From NCBI GenBank assembly GCA_963796455.1, contig CAWCLO010000001.1, positions 231,372 through 295,371 of the forward strand: a DNA stretch of 64,000 nucleotides, written 5' to 3'. The translations under genes were made by a program, and so were the position numbers. Source of the stretch: Candidatus Sulfomarinibacteraceae bacterium. Its GTDB lineage: Bacteria; Acidobacteriota; Thermoanaerobaculia; Thermoanaerobaculales; Sulfomarinibacteraceae. The notes under the pieces are model-generated. The model saw nothing but the letters and a program-made list of their open reading frames with translations. It did no database searches and was not told where the DNA came from. This document shows positions 24,945 through 33,332 of this stretch, piece after piece. Positions within the stretch are counted from its first letter, which is position 1. Every line of letters starts with the position of its first letter.

Positions 24945-25298
24945 TCACTTTCTCGGGTTCAATAGCCGCCACGTCATGGCACGGACCTGATCGAAGGCGT
25001 TCATCGCTTCAATGGCTCCGTTCAGGCTGATCGCTCCGGCGTGGGCGAGGAGCTGCAAGTGGCTGTCGACCTCTTTGGCCGAGGCGTAGGCGATTCGCCA
25101 GTGGTTCAACCGGTCTCTACCGAAGCGGCCGTGACCTTCTGCCAGGTTCGCAGGGACTGAACTCGCCGATCGGACTACCTGATCGGCTATCGACTTCAGC
25201 GGAGCTGGAACTCTCATCACAAGCTTGATCGCGATGCCTGCTGCTTCGAGGGCTTTTGAGTGGGCAACGAGGTTGGTGTTCGTCGCGGCGTTGGACAT
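24945..25298 (-). CDS. four-helix-bundle protein (23S rRNA intervening-sequence protein / Avd-like family)
   Basis: Family pattern IADQVVRSASSVPANLAEGHGRF...AYASAKEVDSHLQLL. ATG at 25298 lies 5 nt after GGAGGTG. 107 of 117 aa are identical to the copy at 32072..32425. Confidence 0.85.
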   Translation of the reverse strand: MSNAATNTNLVAHSKALEAAGIAIKLVMRVPAPLKSIADQVVRSASSVPANLAEGHGRFGRDRLNHWRIAYASAKEVDSHLQLLAHAGAISLNGAIEAMNAFDQVRAMTWRLLNPRK

Positions 25299-25301
25299 GG
25301 T

Positions 25302-25431
25302 CACCTCCGGGTCGTTCATTCCCCTACCCACAAGCCGGTGTGGCGGCCGATGTCAAGGATGCCCTGCACCCTGCCTGTCCTTGACATCGGCCGCCCACCG
25401 GCTACCCCTTCCTTGGAACGACCCGGAGGTG
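25302..25431 (-). promoter_or_regulatory. long hairpin sequestering the SD of the 4HB gene
   Basis: The outer 16-bp stem pairs CACCTCCGGGTCGTTC (25302-25317) with GAACGACCCGGAGGTG (25416-25431). An inner stem of about 25 bp pairs 25331-25359 with 25378-25405. In gene sense, the 3' arm contains the GGAGG just upstream of the ATG. Confidence 0.7.
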
Positions 25432-25712
25432 GCCATTTCGCCGACTAGACTCCTGATCGCTGCCGCCGATCGCTGACCGCTGTTCCCTGTCGCTGCCCCC
25501 TGATCGCTGTTCCCTGTCGCTGCCGCTGGTCCCTGACGCTGTCCCTGTTCGCTGTTGCCTGTCGCTGGCGCTGGACACTGTCGCTGCCGCTGCAATTCGG
25601 GAACGTGATCGGGTACGTGCCAACCGCGATCCGGATATGCCAATAAGCAACCGTGAGTCCTGGTCGAGCCATGGGGCAATTCCACCTGGCGAATTTTCTT
25701 GACGGCAGTTTT

Positions 25713-25741
25713 CCAGCATCTGAAATCCGGCATCCAGCGTC
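25713..25741 (-). repeat. heptamer array (CCAGCAT/CCGGCAT on plus strand, CTGGATG family in the sense of phnE)
   Basis: It lies about 41 nt downstream of the phnE stop and is the inverted partner of 24800-24820. Confidence 0.8.
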
Positions 25742-25782
25742 TAGAGTCCCGCTGAGTCAGCGGGAAATCGTTGAGGTTCTCG

Positions 25783-26877
25783 CTAAACGATCCGCTCTCT
25801 GATCTTCGCCGAAATGATGTCCATCAACCAGACGGTGCCGGCGATCAGCAGCACCAGGGTGCCGACCTCGCCCCATTCACCGAGATCCACCCTTGGTTTG
25901 AGGATGTAGCCGATGCCGCCGCCACCGACAAAGCCGATGATTGTCGACATCCGGACATTGATGTCCCAACGATAGATGGTGAAGGAGAGAAACGGCGGGA
26001 TAACCTGCGGCACGACCCCATATCGGAGCACCTGGAGCGTGCCAGCCCCGGTGGCGGTGATGGCATCCATCGGCCCTGTGTCGATGGATTCGATCTGCTC
26101 AGAGTAGAGCTTGGTCAATGCCGCGACCGAGTGGACCCAGAGGGCGAGGACACCGGCAAAGGGCCCGATCCCGACCCACGAGATAAAGATCAGTGCCCAA
26201 ACGAGGGGCTCCACCGCCCGGACAAAATTCATCAGCGTCCGTGCGACGGTGTAGGCCAGCTTGGCGCCGGTCGATCCGCGGGTCAGATTGCGGGCCGACG
26301 GGAAGGCGAGCACGAATGCCACCGGTATGGCGAAGGCGGTCGCCATGAATGCCAGGAAGATGGTCTGGACGAGCAATACCAGACCCTCGTGCAGGATGCT
26401 CGCTGACGGGTTCATGAGACCGCGGACGATATCGGCCGCCTTGTCGAATTTGGTCAGGAAGGAGTAGAGGTCGAGCTCGGTGATCAGCCACCCGGCAAAG
26501 AAGGTGAACTGGATGAAGACGGCGACAAACCAACCACGAAGGGTGTAGATCCAGTCGAGGCTCTTTTCTTCTTCGGGCACACCGAAGACCAGAGCGTGGC
26601 CCGGTGAGGCCCCAAGGGGACGGCTGAAAACACTCCACAGAATCGCGAGCCCGATTCCTACGGCGCCCGCCCAGGCGTAGTGGAGCAGATCGAGGATTTC
26701 TTCCGCCGTGTAGAGCAACCCGGTGGGCCCCCGCCGACCGGAAAATGCCACCACCAGAAGCTCCACCATCACAAAGAGCGTGGCGATCAAAATGGCATCG
26801 ATGCCGATCGCCTGCAAGTGGGCCAGACCGCTGCGCCAACCCGTAGGTTGCGTTGAGTGGTTTCCGGAGTCAGCCAT
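25783..26877 (-). CDS. phnE: PhnE-type ABC transporter permease
   Basis: Multi-pass membrane protein with the PhnE-like EAA region (ESIDTGPMDAITATGAGTLQVLRYGVVPQVIP). It lies adjacent to phnC. Confidence 0.8.
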   Translation of the reverse strand: MADSGNHSTQPTGWRSGLAHLQAIGIDAILIATLFVMVELLVVAFSGRRGPTGLLYTAEEILDLLHYAWAGAVGIGLAILWSVFSRPLGASPGHALVFGVPEEEKSLDWIYTLRGWFVAVFIQFTFFAGWLITELDLYSFLTKFDKAADIVRGLMNPSASILHEGLVLLVQTIFLAFMATAFAIPVAFVLAFPSARNLTRGSTGAKLAYTVARTLMNFVRAVEPLVWALIFISWVGIGPFAGVLALWVHSVAALTKLYSEQIESIDTGPMDAITATGAGTLQVLRYGVVPQVIPPFLSFTIYRWDINVRMSTIIGFVGGGGIGYILKPRVDLGEWGEVGTLVLLIAGTVWLMDIISAKIRERIV

Positions 26878-27651
26878 TTAAAAGCCCGTGTTCGAGGCCG
26901 GCTCGGCGTCCTCGCCATAGATTTCTTTGAAGGTGTCACGGTTGAAGTCGCCCGGTAACCCCTCCCAGACCAGGTGGCCGTCGCGGAGGGCCACCAGACG
27001 GGTCGCGTAGCGCTCCACAAGATCGATATCGTGCAGCGAGCAGATGACAGTGAGGCCTTCTTCGCGGTTGAGCGCTTCGATGTGCCGCATCACCGAGTGC
27101 CGAAGAGCAGGATCCAGTGACGCCACCGGTTCGTCGGCCAGGATCAGCTTGGGTTCCTGCATCAGAGCTCGCGCCACCGCGACCCGCTGCTGTTGGCCAC
27201 CGGATAGGGCGTCGGCGCGGCTCGATCCACGATCACCGAGACCGACCCGTTCGAGATTCGCGTTCGCCCGATCGCGTTCCGCCTGAGGGAAAGACATCAT
27301 CAGGCTCGGCAGCAGACTGCTCCGCCCGAGCGATCCGGAGAGTACATTGGCGAGCACGGTGTGGCGTCGCACCAGATTGAATTGCTGGAAGATCATCGCC
27401 ACCCGGCACCGCAGACGCCGCAACGGGCCACCTTTGAGGGCGGTGATCTCTTCGCCAAAAATCCAGACCCGGCCTTCGGTCGGGTCGATCAGACGATTGA
27501 TGCATCGCAGCAGGGTCGATTTGCCGGAACCCGAGAGACCGAGGATGGCGAGAAATTCGCCCTCACCTACCTCGAGATCGATGCCCTCGAGAGCGCGGAC
27601 CCCACCGGGGTAGACCATCCCGAGACCTTCGATCCGGATTGCCGGAGTCAC
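26878..27651 (-). CDS. phnC: PhnC-type ABC transporter ATP-binding protein
   Basis: Walker A GLSGSGKSTLLRCINRL, signature LSGGQQQRVAVARAL, Walker B LILADEP. Confidence 0.85.
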   Translation of the reverse strand: MTPAIRIEGLGMVYPGGVRALEGIDLEVGEGEFLAILGLSGSGKSTLLRCINRLIDPTEGRVWIFGEEITALKGGPLRRLRCRVAMIFQQFNLVRRHTVLANVLSGSLGRSSLLPSLMMSFPQAERDRANANLERVGLGDRGSSRADALSGGQQQRVAVARALMQEPKLILADEPVASLDPALRHSVMRHIEALNREEGLTVICSLHDIDLVERYATRLVALRDGHLVWEGLPGDFNRDTFKEIYGEDAEPASNTGF

Positions 27652-27671
27652 CGCAGGTTCAGGGAGCGCGT

Positions 27672-29048
27672 TCAGGACCCACCCCCACTTTTTTGCCGTT
27701 GTCGCTCGAGCTTGGCCTCGGCTGCATCGAGCAGGGCCGAGGCGCTGACCCCCGCTTCAGTCAGGGCAGTTCTGAAATCGTCGAAGTCGGCGTCAGAAGT
27801 CGGTGCGGCCGCGACTCCCGCCACCAGATCGTAGTATGCGCCCTGGCCGTCGGGTGTCTCGAGAAAGCGCTGGAGCGATGCCTCGAATTGTCCCCAAGTG
27901 GTGGGCGAAAACCCCTTGCGTACGCAGCACACATCATTTGGAATCGGGTCGGTGAGGGCCACGATCCGCACGTTTTCGAGCAGTTCGGCCCGCTCTTCCT
28001 TGGTCTGCATGTTCTTGAGGATCAGGAATCGGGCGTCGCCGACCAGGGTGCCGTCGCGCAGATTTGCCGGCGAAGGAGGTGAGTAGAAGGCGGCGCCGCC
28101 CGCCACCTTGCCGTCACGAACCGCCTGCACCACGTTGGGGTGGCCACCTGCAAAAAGCACGTGACCGAGGGTGATTCCGGATCGTTGCATCAGGGCGCGC
28201 GGAAAGATGTGGCCGGAGGTGGAAGTCTCGTCTGAGAAGGCGAAATTCGACCCGGTGAAATCATCGAGCCGTCTGAAGCCCGAGTCGGTCCGGGTCATGA
28301 TGCAGCCGTAGTAGACGTTGGACAGTTCCTGTTCGGGTTGTTCGCTGGTGTGGAGAACACGTGTTTCTCTTAAGGTGCCGGGGCGCTCGTATTCGAGCTC
28401 TTTGCGGCCGTCACCGACCAGATCATTGGGCGCGGAGTAAACGTGGCGGCTCGCGGCCGCATCCACATCCCTTTCCTCCACCAGACGAAACACGGCCTCC
28501 TTGTCGCTTTCGACCGGGACCTCGATCCAACCCGGTGCCTTCTCGTCCAGAAGTGCAACCAGCGAGGTGCGGAGCCTGCCCTCGATCACCTTTGGAACGG
28601 CGATGCGTCGATCCGAAAGCCCTTCGAGGCGTTGCGGCTCGCCGGCGCCCGATCGCGTGGTCACGATTGCGTAGCGATCCAGCGATCGCACCACCTGAAG
28701 TCGGGCCTCGGCGCCGTAACGGGCGTTGGCAAGGACATAAGCAAAGGCCGGGATCCACGCCACATCGGCCTGACCGGCTCCGAGAGCCTGGATCACCGCT
28801 GCATAACTGGTAGGGACCTGAGACCGCAGGGTCAGACCGCTGTCCTCACGAATGAAGCGTGCGAGCTCGTCTCCCCGTCGCACGAGCGTCCCCTGCTCCA
28901 CCGACGGCACGAAGAGCATCTGGATCGCCTGCTGGCCACGCATTTCGAGCTGCGACCTGTGGTACAGGCCCCAGATGAACCCAACCAGGGCCAGGCTGAT
29001 CAGCAGCCAACCCAGTCGCGGAACCCACGGATTCGGTCGTCTCGCCAT
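27672..29048 (-). CDS. PhnD-like periplasmic substrate-binding protein (enlarged, 458 aa, N-terminal anchor)
   Basis: PhnD-like segments (FVPSVEQ...YAAVIQALGAGQADVAWIPAFAYV and FSDETSTSGHIFP). It is longer than a typical PhnD. The substrate is not inferable. Confidence 0.7.
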   Translation of the reverse strand: MARRPNPWVPRLGWLLISLALVGFIWGLYHRSQLEMRGQQAIQMLFVPSVEQGTLVRRGDELARFIREDSGLTLRSQVPTSYAAVIQALGAGQADVAWIPAFAYVLANARYGAEARLQVVRSLDRYAIVTTRSGAGEPQRLEGLSDRRIAVPKVIEGRLRTSLVALLDEKAPGWIEVPVESDKEAVFRLVEERDVDAAASRHVYSAPNDLVGDGRKELEYERPGTLRETRVLHTSEQPEQELSNVYYGCIMTRTDSGFRRLDDFTGSNFAFSDETSTSGHIFPRALMQRSGITLGHVLFAGGHPNVVQAVRDGKVAGGAAFYSPPSPANLRDGTLVGDARFLILKNMQTKEERAELLENVRIVALTDPIPNDVCCVRKGFSPTTWGQFEASLQRFLETPDGQGAYYDLVAGVAAAPTSDADFDDFRTALTEAGVSASALLDAAEAKLERQRQKSGGGS

Positions 29049-29117
29049 AACGATGTGCCAGTCGGCGGGAAGCCTAGCACACCGCCCGGGGCTCGTTCAC
29101 CTGTTGTCCAAGCCGAC

Positions 29118-30302
29118 TCAAGCGTGCGGCGTCGGCTCCGGTTTGAGCGATTCCATGACCTCTTCCATGGCACGCAGCCGCATCTCCTGCAACCAGCTCG
29201 ACTTGACCACCCGCTGTTGCCAGATCTCGTGCATCACCGGGTAGCGCGGAACATCACCTCGTTCGTCAAATGCCACCGCACCGGTGACCCCGGTGAAATC
29301 CCGCAGACCAATGGTCATGTACTGGCGAAGCACCCGCGGGTGGTGCGCCTGTGCCTTCGACAGGGTCCGGATCGCAACGCGCATTGCGTCGTACCCATGC
29401 GCGGCATAGATATCCGGCGAAGTCCCGTACTCGAGCTGATAACGTTCGGCAAAACTCGCCACCTGCCCTTCCTTGGCGGCGACATCAAATGCAACCAGAG
29501 GAAAAACAACCCCTTCGGCCGCCGCGCCGCCGCGCTCGATCACGTGGCTGAGGTACAGGCTGGAGGTGGCCGCACGAACTCCCTCGTACGCGACCGAGTG
29601 GAGCATTTCCAGCACCTGCAGGGTGTTGTCGCCGTGCCCCACAACGTAGACCGCCTGCGGTTCGTGGGCGTGGAGCATGTCGGACAACTGGGTTTTCCAG
29701 TATTCGACTCCGGTGTGAATCGTGGCGAGAATCTCTCCTCCCAGATTGAGTTCAAAATGCTGCCGAAACTCGGTTTCGATGCCTCGAGTAAACACCGAAT
29801 CATCAGTCACGACCACAACTCGGCGCACCGCGCGCTGGCTGAAGAGGTGCCGCGCCGCCGTGCTTCCTTCGACCTCGTCGGTGGCAAAGAGGCGAAAGAA
29901 ATAGCGGCTGCGGCTCGCCAGTAGATTCGCCGGGGCTGAGGGTGAAACACACAGGACGTGGTTTTTCTCGACTACGGGAATCAGCGCCTCCGCCTCGTCG
30001 GTCGTGACCCCACCAACCACGATTGCGATGTCGTGCTCGTTGACGAGGCGCTGCAGTTCGTCAGCAGCCACCTTGGCCCTCGACGCCGTATCGGCCTCGA
30101 AGACCTGACACCCTGCCGGCAAGACGGCAAGCTCTTCGGCTTCAGCCAGGGCCATCCGGATGCCGTTGCCGACCGATTTTCCGTAGTCGCTTGCAGCACC
30201 CGTGGTCGGCAGCAGAACGCCCATCGAACGCTCGCCGCCGCATCCGGCGGCGACCAGCAGAACAAGGACAGCGATGCGATGAATCGACCTCGAATCGAAC
30301 AT
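29118..30302 (-). CDS. type I periplasmic binding protein (LivK/Peripla_BP_6-like) lipoprotein
   Basis: Lipobox LLVAAGC, then LLPTTGAASDYGKSVGNGIRMALAE, typical of this family. Start taken at M15; the ORF track extends to 30344. Confidence 0.75.
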   Translation of the reverse strand: MFDSRSIHRIAVLVLLVAAGCGGERSMGVLLPTTGAASDYGKSVGNGIRMALAEAEELAVLPAGCQVFEADTASRAKVAADELQRLVNEHDIAIVVGGVTTDEAEALIPVVEKNHVLCVSPSAPANLLASRSRYFFRLFATDEVEGSTAARHLFSQRAVRRVVVVTDDSVFTRGIETEFRQHFELNLGGEILATIHTGVEYWKTQLSDMLHAHEPQAVYVVGHGDNTLQVLEMLHSVAYEGVRAATSSLYLSHVIERGGAAAEGVVFPLVAFDVAAKEGQVASFAERYQLEYGTSPDIYAAHGYDAMRVAIRTLSKAQAHHPRVLRQYMTIGLRDFTGVTGAVAFDERGDVPRYPVMHEIWQQRVVKSSWLQEMRLRAMEEVMESLKPEPTPHA

Positions 30303-30671
30303 GGTCACCTCCAATTGGTTGTTCGGTACACAGAGCTTCTCCATCCATGTTACGAAGGGGAAGACGCCGCCATCAGGGAAAATGAGCGAAAATGACGCTC
30401 CTGTGACGGTTACTGGCCTCCAGTCACGTTGAAGCCATGGAATTCGAGCTTTGCGGGTCTGCTAACCTGCCTTCGAGCCGCCGGGGCGGCCGCGACGACC
30501 GCACCCGGACTCACCATCTTCTGTTCCGGGAGGACGAACACGTCTCACCGCTCCACCTTGTTCCTTGTCATCCTCAGCCTTGCCACGTCGACCGCGATGG
30601 CGGTGGAGGTGCTGATCGAGAGCCTCGCCACCGATCCGAGAACCGGAGCCTGGTGATCTCGTAGTAACGAT

Positions 30672-31760
30672 ATGCGCCACGGACACACCCCTCGGATCGC
30701 CGGCACGTGTTGGCCGGCGATCCTTTTTTGCGGCCTCCTTCTCGCCGCCGCCATCGGCGCAGCGCAGGAGACCCCGACACCCTTCGGCACCGTGGTCGAG
30801 GTGACCAGGATCCTGACCGAAGTCCGCGTCGTCGATTCGGACGGAATGCCGGTCCTCGGTCTGGGACCTGAGAACTTCCGGGTCAAGGTCGACGGGCAAA
30901 AGGTGGAGGTCGAATCGGTATCGTGGATCCCATCCACCGCCGCCGAGGCGGCTCGTTCGGCCGAAGGATCGCCTCGTCCCGAAAACGATTCGGCGGATCG
31001 GCAAAAATCCGAGGGCCGGTTGATCGTTTTCGTGTTCCAGAAAGACATCGCCCTGCGCTATTCACGAACGGTAGGTCTCGCCCAGATTGCACCCCACGCG
31101 CAAGAGTTCATCAGGAGTTTCGGCCCGGATGATCGCGTCGCGGTCCTGGTTTTCGGCAGCCATCTCGAACTTCGGGCGGACTTTACCGCCGACCACGAGG
31201 CGGTGGCCGAAATGGTCACCACAACCGAGGTTCTGGCCGGTCGAATCGTGCCCCCGGATCCCGACGGGCCATCGCTTGCGGCCCACCTCGACTCTCTCGA
31301 TATGAAGAGGGCTGCCACCATGAGCCGGGCCCTCGAGCTGATAGGCCAGGCGTTGCAACCCATCGAGGGAACCAAATCGATGATCTTCATCGGATTCGGG
31401 CTCGGCCAGATGAGCGCCGGTCCTCGAGTCACCGTCGGGGATCAATACCGGCTGGCGATGGAGGCCCTGACCGCGGCCCGCACCTCGGTGTTTTCGATCG
31501 ATATCACCGATGCCGATGCGCACTCACTCGAGCTCGGGATGCGCATCGTCAGCGAGGACACCGGCGGTTTCTATATGAAGACAAACATCTTCCCCGAGGT
31601 CGCGATGACCATGCTGGCGAAGGTCATCTCGAGCTATTACGAACTCTCGATCATCCCGCCTCCCGATCTCGATGAGAGCTACAAGATCAAGGTCAAGGTG
31701 GATCGTCCCAAGACGGATGTTTATGTCCGTCAGTGGCATCCGTCGTCGTACAGTTTTTAA
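30672..31760 (+). CDS. VWA domain-containing secreted protein (VWFA-related acidobacterial-type N-terminal domain)
   Basis: After the signal peptide comes the typical VEVTRILTEVRVVDSDGMPVLGLGPENFRVKVDGQKVEVESV segment, followed by a VWA-like body. Confidence 0.75.
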   Translation: MRHGHTPRIAGTCWPAILFCGLLLAAAIGAAQETPTPFGTVVEVTRILTEVRVVDSDGMPVLGLGPENFRVKVDGQKVEVESVSWIPSTAAEAARSAEGSPRPENDSADRQKSEGRLIVFVFQKDIALRYSRTVGLAQIAPHAQEFIRSFGPDDRVAVLVFGSHLELRADFTADHEAVAEMVTTTEVLAGRIVPPDPDGPSLAAHLDSLDMKRAATMSRALELIGQALQPIEGTKSMIFIGFGLGQMSAGPRVTVGDQYRLAMEALTAARTSVFSIDITDADAHSLELGMRIVSEDTGGFYMKTNIFPEVAMTMLAKVISSYYELSIIPPPDLDESYKIKVKVDRPKTDVYVRQWHPSSYSF

Positions 31761-31810
31761 GCGCCATCAGCGCATGCAAACGTCGTGGTCCTTCGTTAGT
31801 GGACCTCAAC

Positions 31811-31884
31811 GGGCTATGGGCTATGGGCTATGGGCTATGAGGCTATGAGGCTATGAGGCTACGAGGCTATGAGGCTATGAGGCC
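31811..31884 (+). repeat. tandem array (GGCTATG) x4 then (AGGCTATG) x5
   Basis: Direct reading. The period switches from 7 to 8 nt partway through the array. Confidence 0.95.
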
Positions 31885-31927
31885 AGGCCGACCGGTAATT
31901 TCGTTCCGAGCACGCGCCACTCTCTCA

Positions 31928-32042
31928 ATGTCATCCTGAGCGGAGCGCCCCGGCGCGTAGTCGAAGGATCTGCAGATTCGGATTTTTACAGGCCGTCCCA
32001 TAGATACTTCGACTCCGGCTTCGCCTCCGCTCAGGATGACAT
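31928..32042. repeat. cloverleaf-like palindromic element (GTCATCCTGAGCG family), copy 1
   Basis: Termini ATGTCATCCTGAGCGGAG and CTCCGCTCAGGATGACAT pair with each other. There is an inner stem GTCGAAGGATCT/AGATACTTCGAC and a side hairpin GCGCCCCGGCGC. Confidence 0.9.
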
Positions 32043-32071
32043 CCGGGGACGGCAGCGACAGAGAGCAGCAA

Positions 32072-32425
32072 TCACCTCGTCGGGTTCAACAGGCGCCAGG
32101 TCATGGCACGGACCTGATCGAAGGCGTGCATCGCTTCACTGGCTCCATTCCTGCTGATCGCCCCAGCGTGAGCGAGAAGCTGCAAGTGGCTGTCAACATC
32201 TTTCGCCGAGGCGTAGGCGATCCTCCAGTGGTTCAACCGGTCTCTACCGAATCGGCCGTGCCCTTCTGCCAGGTTCGCAGGGACTGAACTCGCCGATCGG
32301 ATCACTTGATCGGCTATGGACTTCAGCGGAGCTGGAACCCTCATCACAAGCTTGATGGCGATACCTGCTGCTTCGAGGGCTTTCGAGTGTGCAGCGAGAT
32401 CGGTGTTCGTGGCGGCTGAGGACAT
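32072..32425 (-). CDS. four-helix-bundle protein (23S rRNA IVS protein / Avd-like family), paralog
   Basis: 107/117 aa identical to 24945..25298. ATG at 32425 follows GGAGGCG. Confidence 0.85.
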   Translation of the reverse strand: MSSAATNTDLAAHSKALEAAGIAIKLVMRVPAPLKSIADQVIRSASSVPANLAEGHGRFGRDRLNHWRIAYASAKDVDSHLQLLAHAGAISRNGASEAMHAFDQVRAMTWRLLNPTR

Positions 32426-32430
32426 GGTCG

Positions 32431-32556
32431 CCTCCGGGTCGTTCATGCCCATACCCACAAGCCGGTGTGGCGGCCGATGTCAAGGATGCCCTGCACCTTG
32501 CCTGTCCTTGACATCGGCCGCCCACCGGCTACCCGTACTGTTGAACGACCCGGAGG
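32431..32556 (-). promoter_or_regulatory. long hairpin sequestering the SD of the second 4HB gene
   Basis: The outer stem pairs CCTCCGGGTCGTTC (32431-32444) with GAACGACCCGGAGG (32543-32556). The inner stem is the same GCCGGTGTGGCGGCCGATGTCAAGGA / TCCTTGACATCGGCCGCCCACCGGC as in copy 1. Confidence 0.7.
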
Positions 32557-32809
32557 TGGGCACGCCGTCGCTGAACCTGATTGCTGCCGCTGAACTCTGA
32601 TCGCTGATCGCTGTTCGCCGTCCCTGTTCGCTGTTGCCTGTCGCTGACGCTGGACACTGTCGCTGCCGCTGCAATTCGGACGCGGGCACGGGCACGGGCA
32701 CGGGCACGGGCAACCGCGAACCGGATATGCCAAAAACCAATCCGTAAGCCACTTGTTGTAAGGAGGGAAACTCCATGTGACGATCTGTTTTGGACAACAG
32801 TGCACGCAA

Positions 32810-32842
32810 CAAAAAAACCGGCGCCCGAGGGCGCCGGTTTTG
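32810..32842 (-). terminator. rho-independent terminator of the PDZ gene (hairpin is near-bidirectional)
   Basis: CCGGCGCCC-GAG-GGCGCCGG is flanked by A7 on the plus side (T7 on the minus strand) and by TTTT. Confidence 0.85.
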
Positions 32843-32861
32843 ACACTGATAACGGAAAATT

Positions 32862-33332
32862 CTATTCGTTCGATGCCATCTGCAGTTCGGCGTGGTCCAT
32901 CATGTGGCCGCCGATCCACTGCGCCATCACGTTGTCCGGGATGTTGCCCAGCTCGATGTCGAGGTCGATTTTCTTGCCTGAGCGCGCGACCGTGTAGGTG
33001 AATTCGGCTCCGGGTTTCATGGCGTATTGGACGTCCTTGATCTGCTTCTGGTTCTCTTCCGAAAATTTGACGCCGTTCACCGCCACGAGAACATCGCCCT
33101 TTTTGAAGCCGGCCGTTTCGGCCGGGCTGTCTTCGACAACCTTGGTGATGACCATCTTGCCCATGCCGCCTTCGTCATCCATCTCGATACCGACCCAACC
33201 TCGGTTCTTGAGGTTCTGTGCCATATGGTCGAGACAATCCTGAGTCGAAGAGGTGCATTTTTCGCCCGCCATCGCAGGCGCCGACATGACCATCATCGTC
33301 ACCACCGCAATCACGGTTATCATCTTCCTCAT
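32862..33332 (-). CDS. PDZ domain-containing secreted protein
   Basis: Signal peptide MRKMITVIAVVTMMVMSAPAMA and PDZ core GWVGIEMDD...VITKVVEDSPAETAGFKKGDVLVAVNG. Confidence 0.8.
   Translation of the reverse strand: MRKMITVIAVVTMMVMSAPAMAGEKCTSSTQDCLDHMAQNLKNRGWVGIEMDDEGGMGKMVITKVVEDSPAETAGFKKGDVLVAVNGVKFSEENQKQIKDVQYAMKPGAEFTYTVARSGKKIDLDIELGNIPDNVMAQWIGGHMMDHAELQMASNE

Larger units (their letters stand above)
24846..25650 (-). repeat. dispersed 4HB-gene element, copy 1
   Basis: Layout: CAGCGAC-type 7-nt arrays (24846-24941), the 4HB gene, a 130-nt hairpin, GTCGCTG-type arrays (25453-25604), and the conserved end GCAATTCGG...CCGGATATGCCAA. It is homologous to 32043-32740. Confidence 0.85.
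32043..32740 (-). repeat. dispersed 4HB-gene element, copy 2
   Basis: It has the same architecture as 24846-25650, with a short left array. The right arrays run 32566-32674, with an extra (GGGCAC) x5 at 32684-32712, and it ends CCGGATATGCCAA. Confidence 0.85.

Noticed and set aside
24945-25298. Diversity-generating retroelement (the 4HB protein acting as Avd), or a 23S rRNA intervening sequence.
   Set aside because: No reverse transcriptase, template/variable repeat pair or target gene is nearby. No rRNA sequence flanks either copy. Only the protein family resemblance remains.
25747-25763. Hairpin CCCGCTG-AGT-CAGCGGG downstream of phnE as a terminator.
   Set aside because: It is a short 7-bp stem with no U-run on the relevant strand. 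I am not confident enough to annotate it.
25783-29048. Calling the PhnCDE-like transporter a phosphonate utilisation system.
   Set aside because: No C-P lyase (phnGHIJKLM), phosphonatase or ptx/htx genes are present. The binding protein is atypically large and paired with a LivK-like protein. The substrate cannot be inferred from sequence alone.
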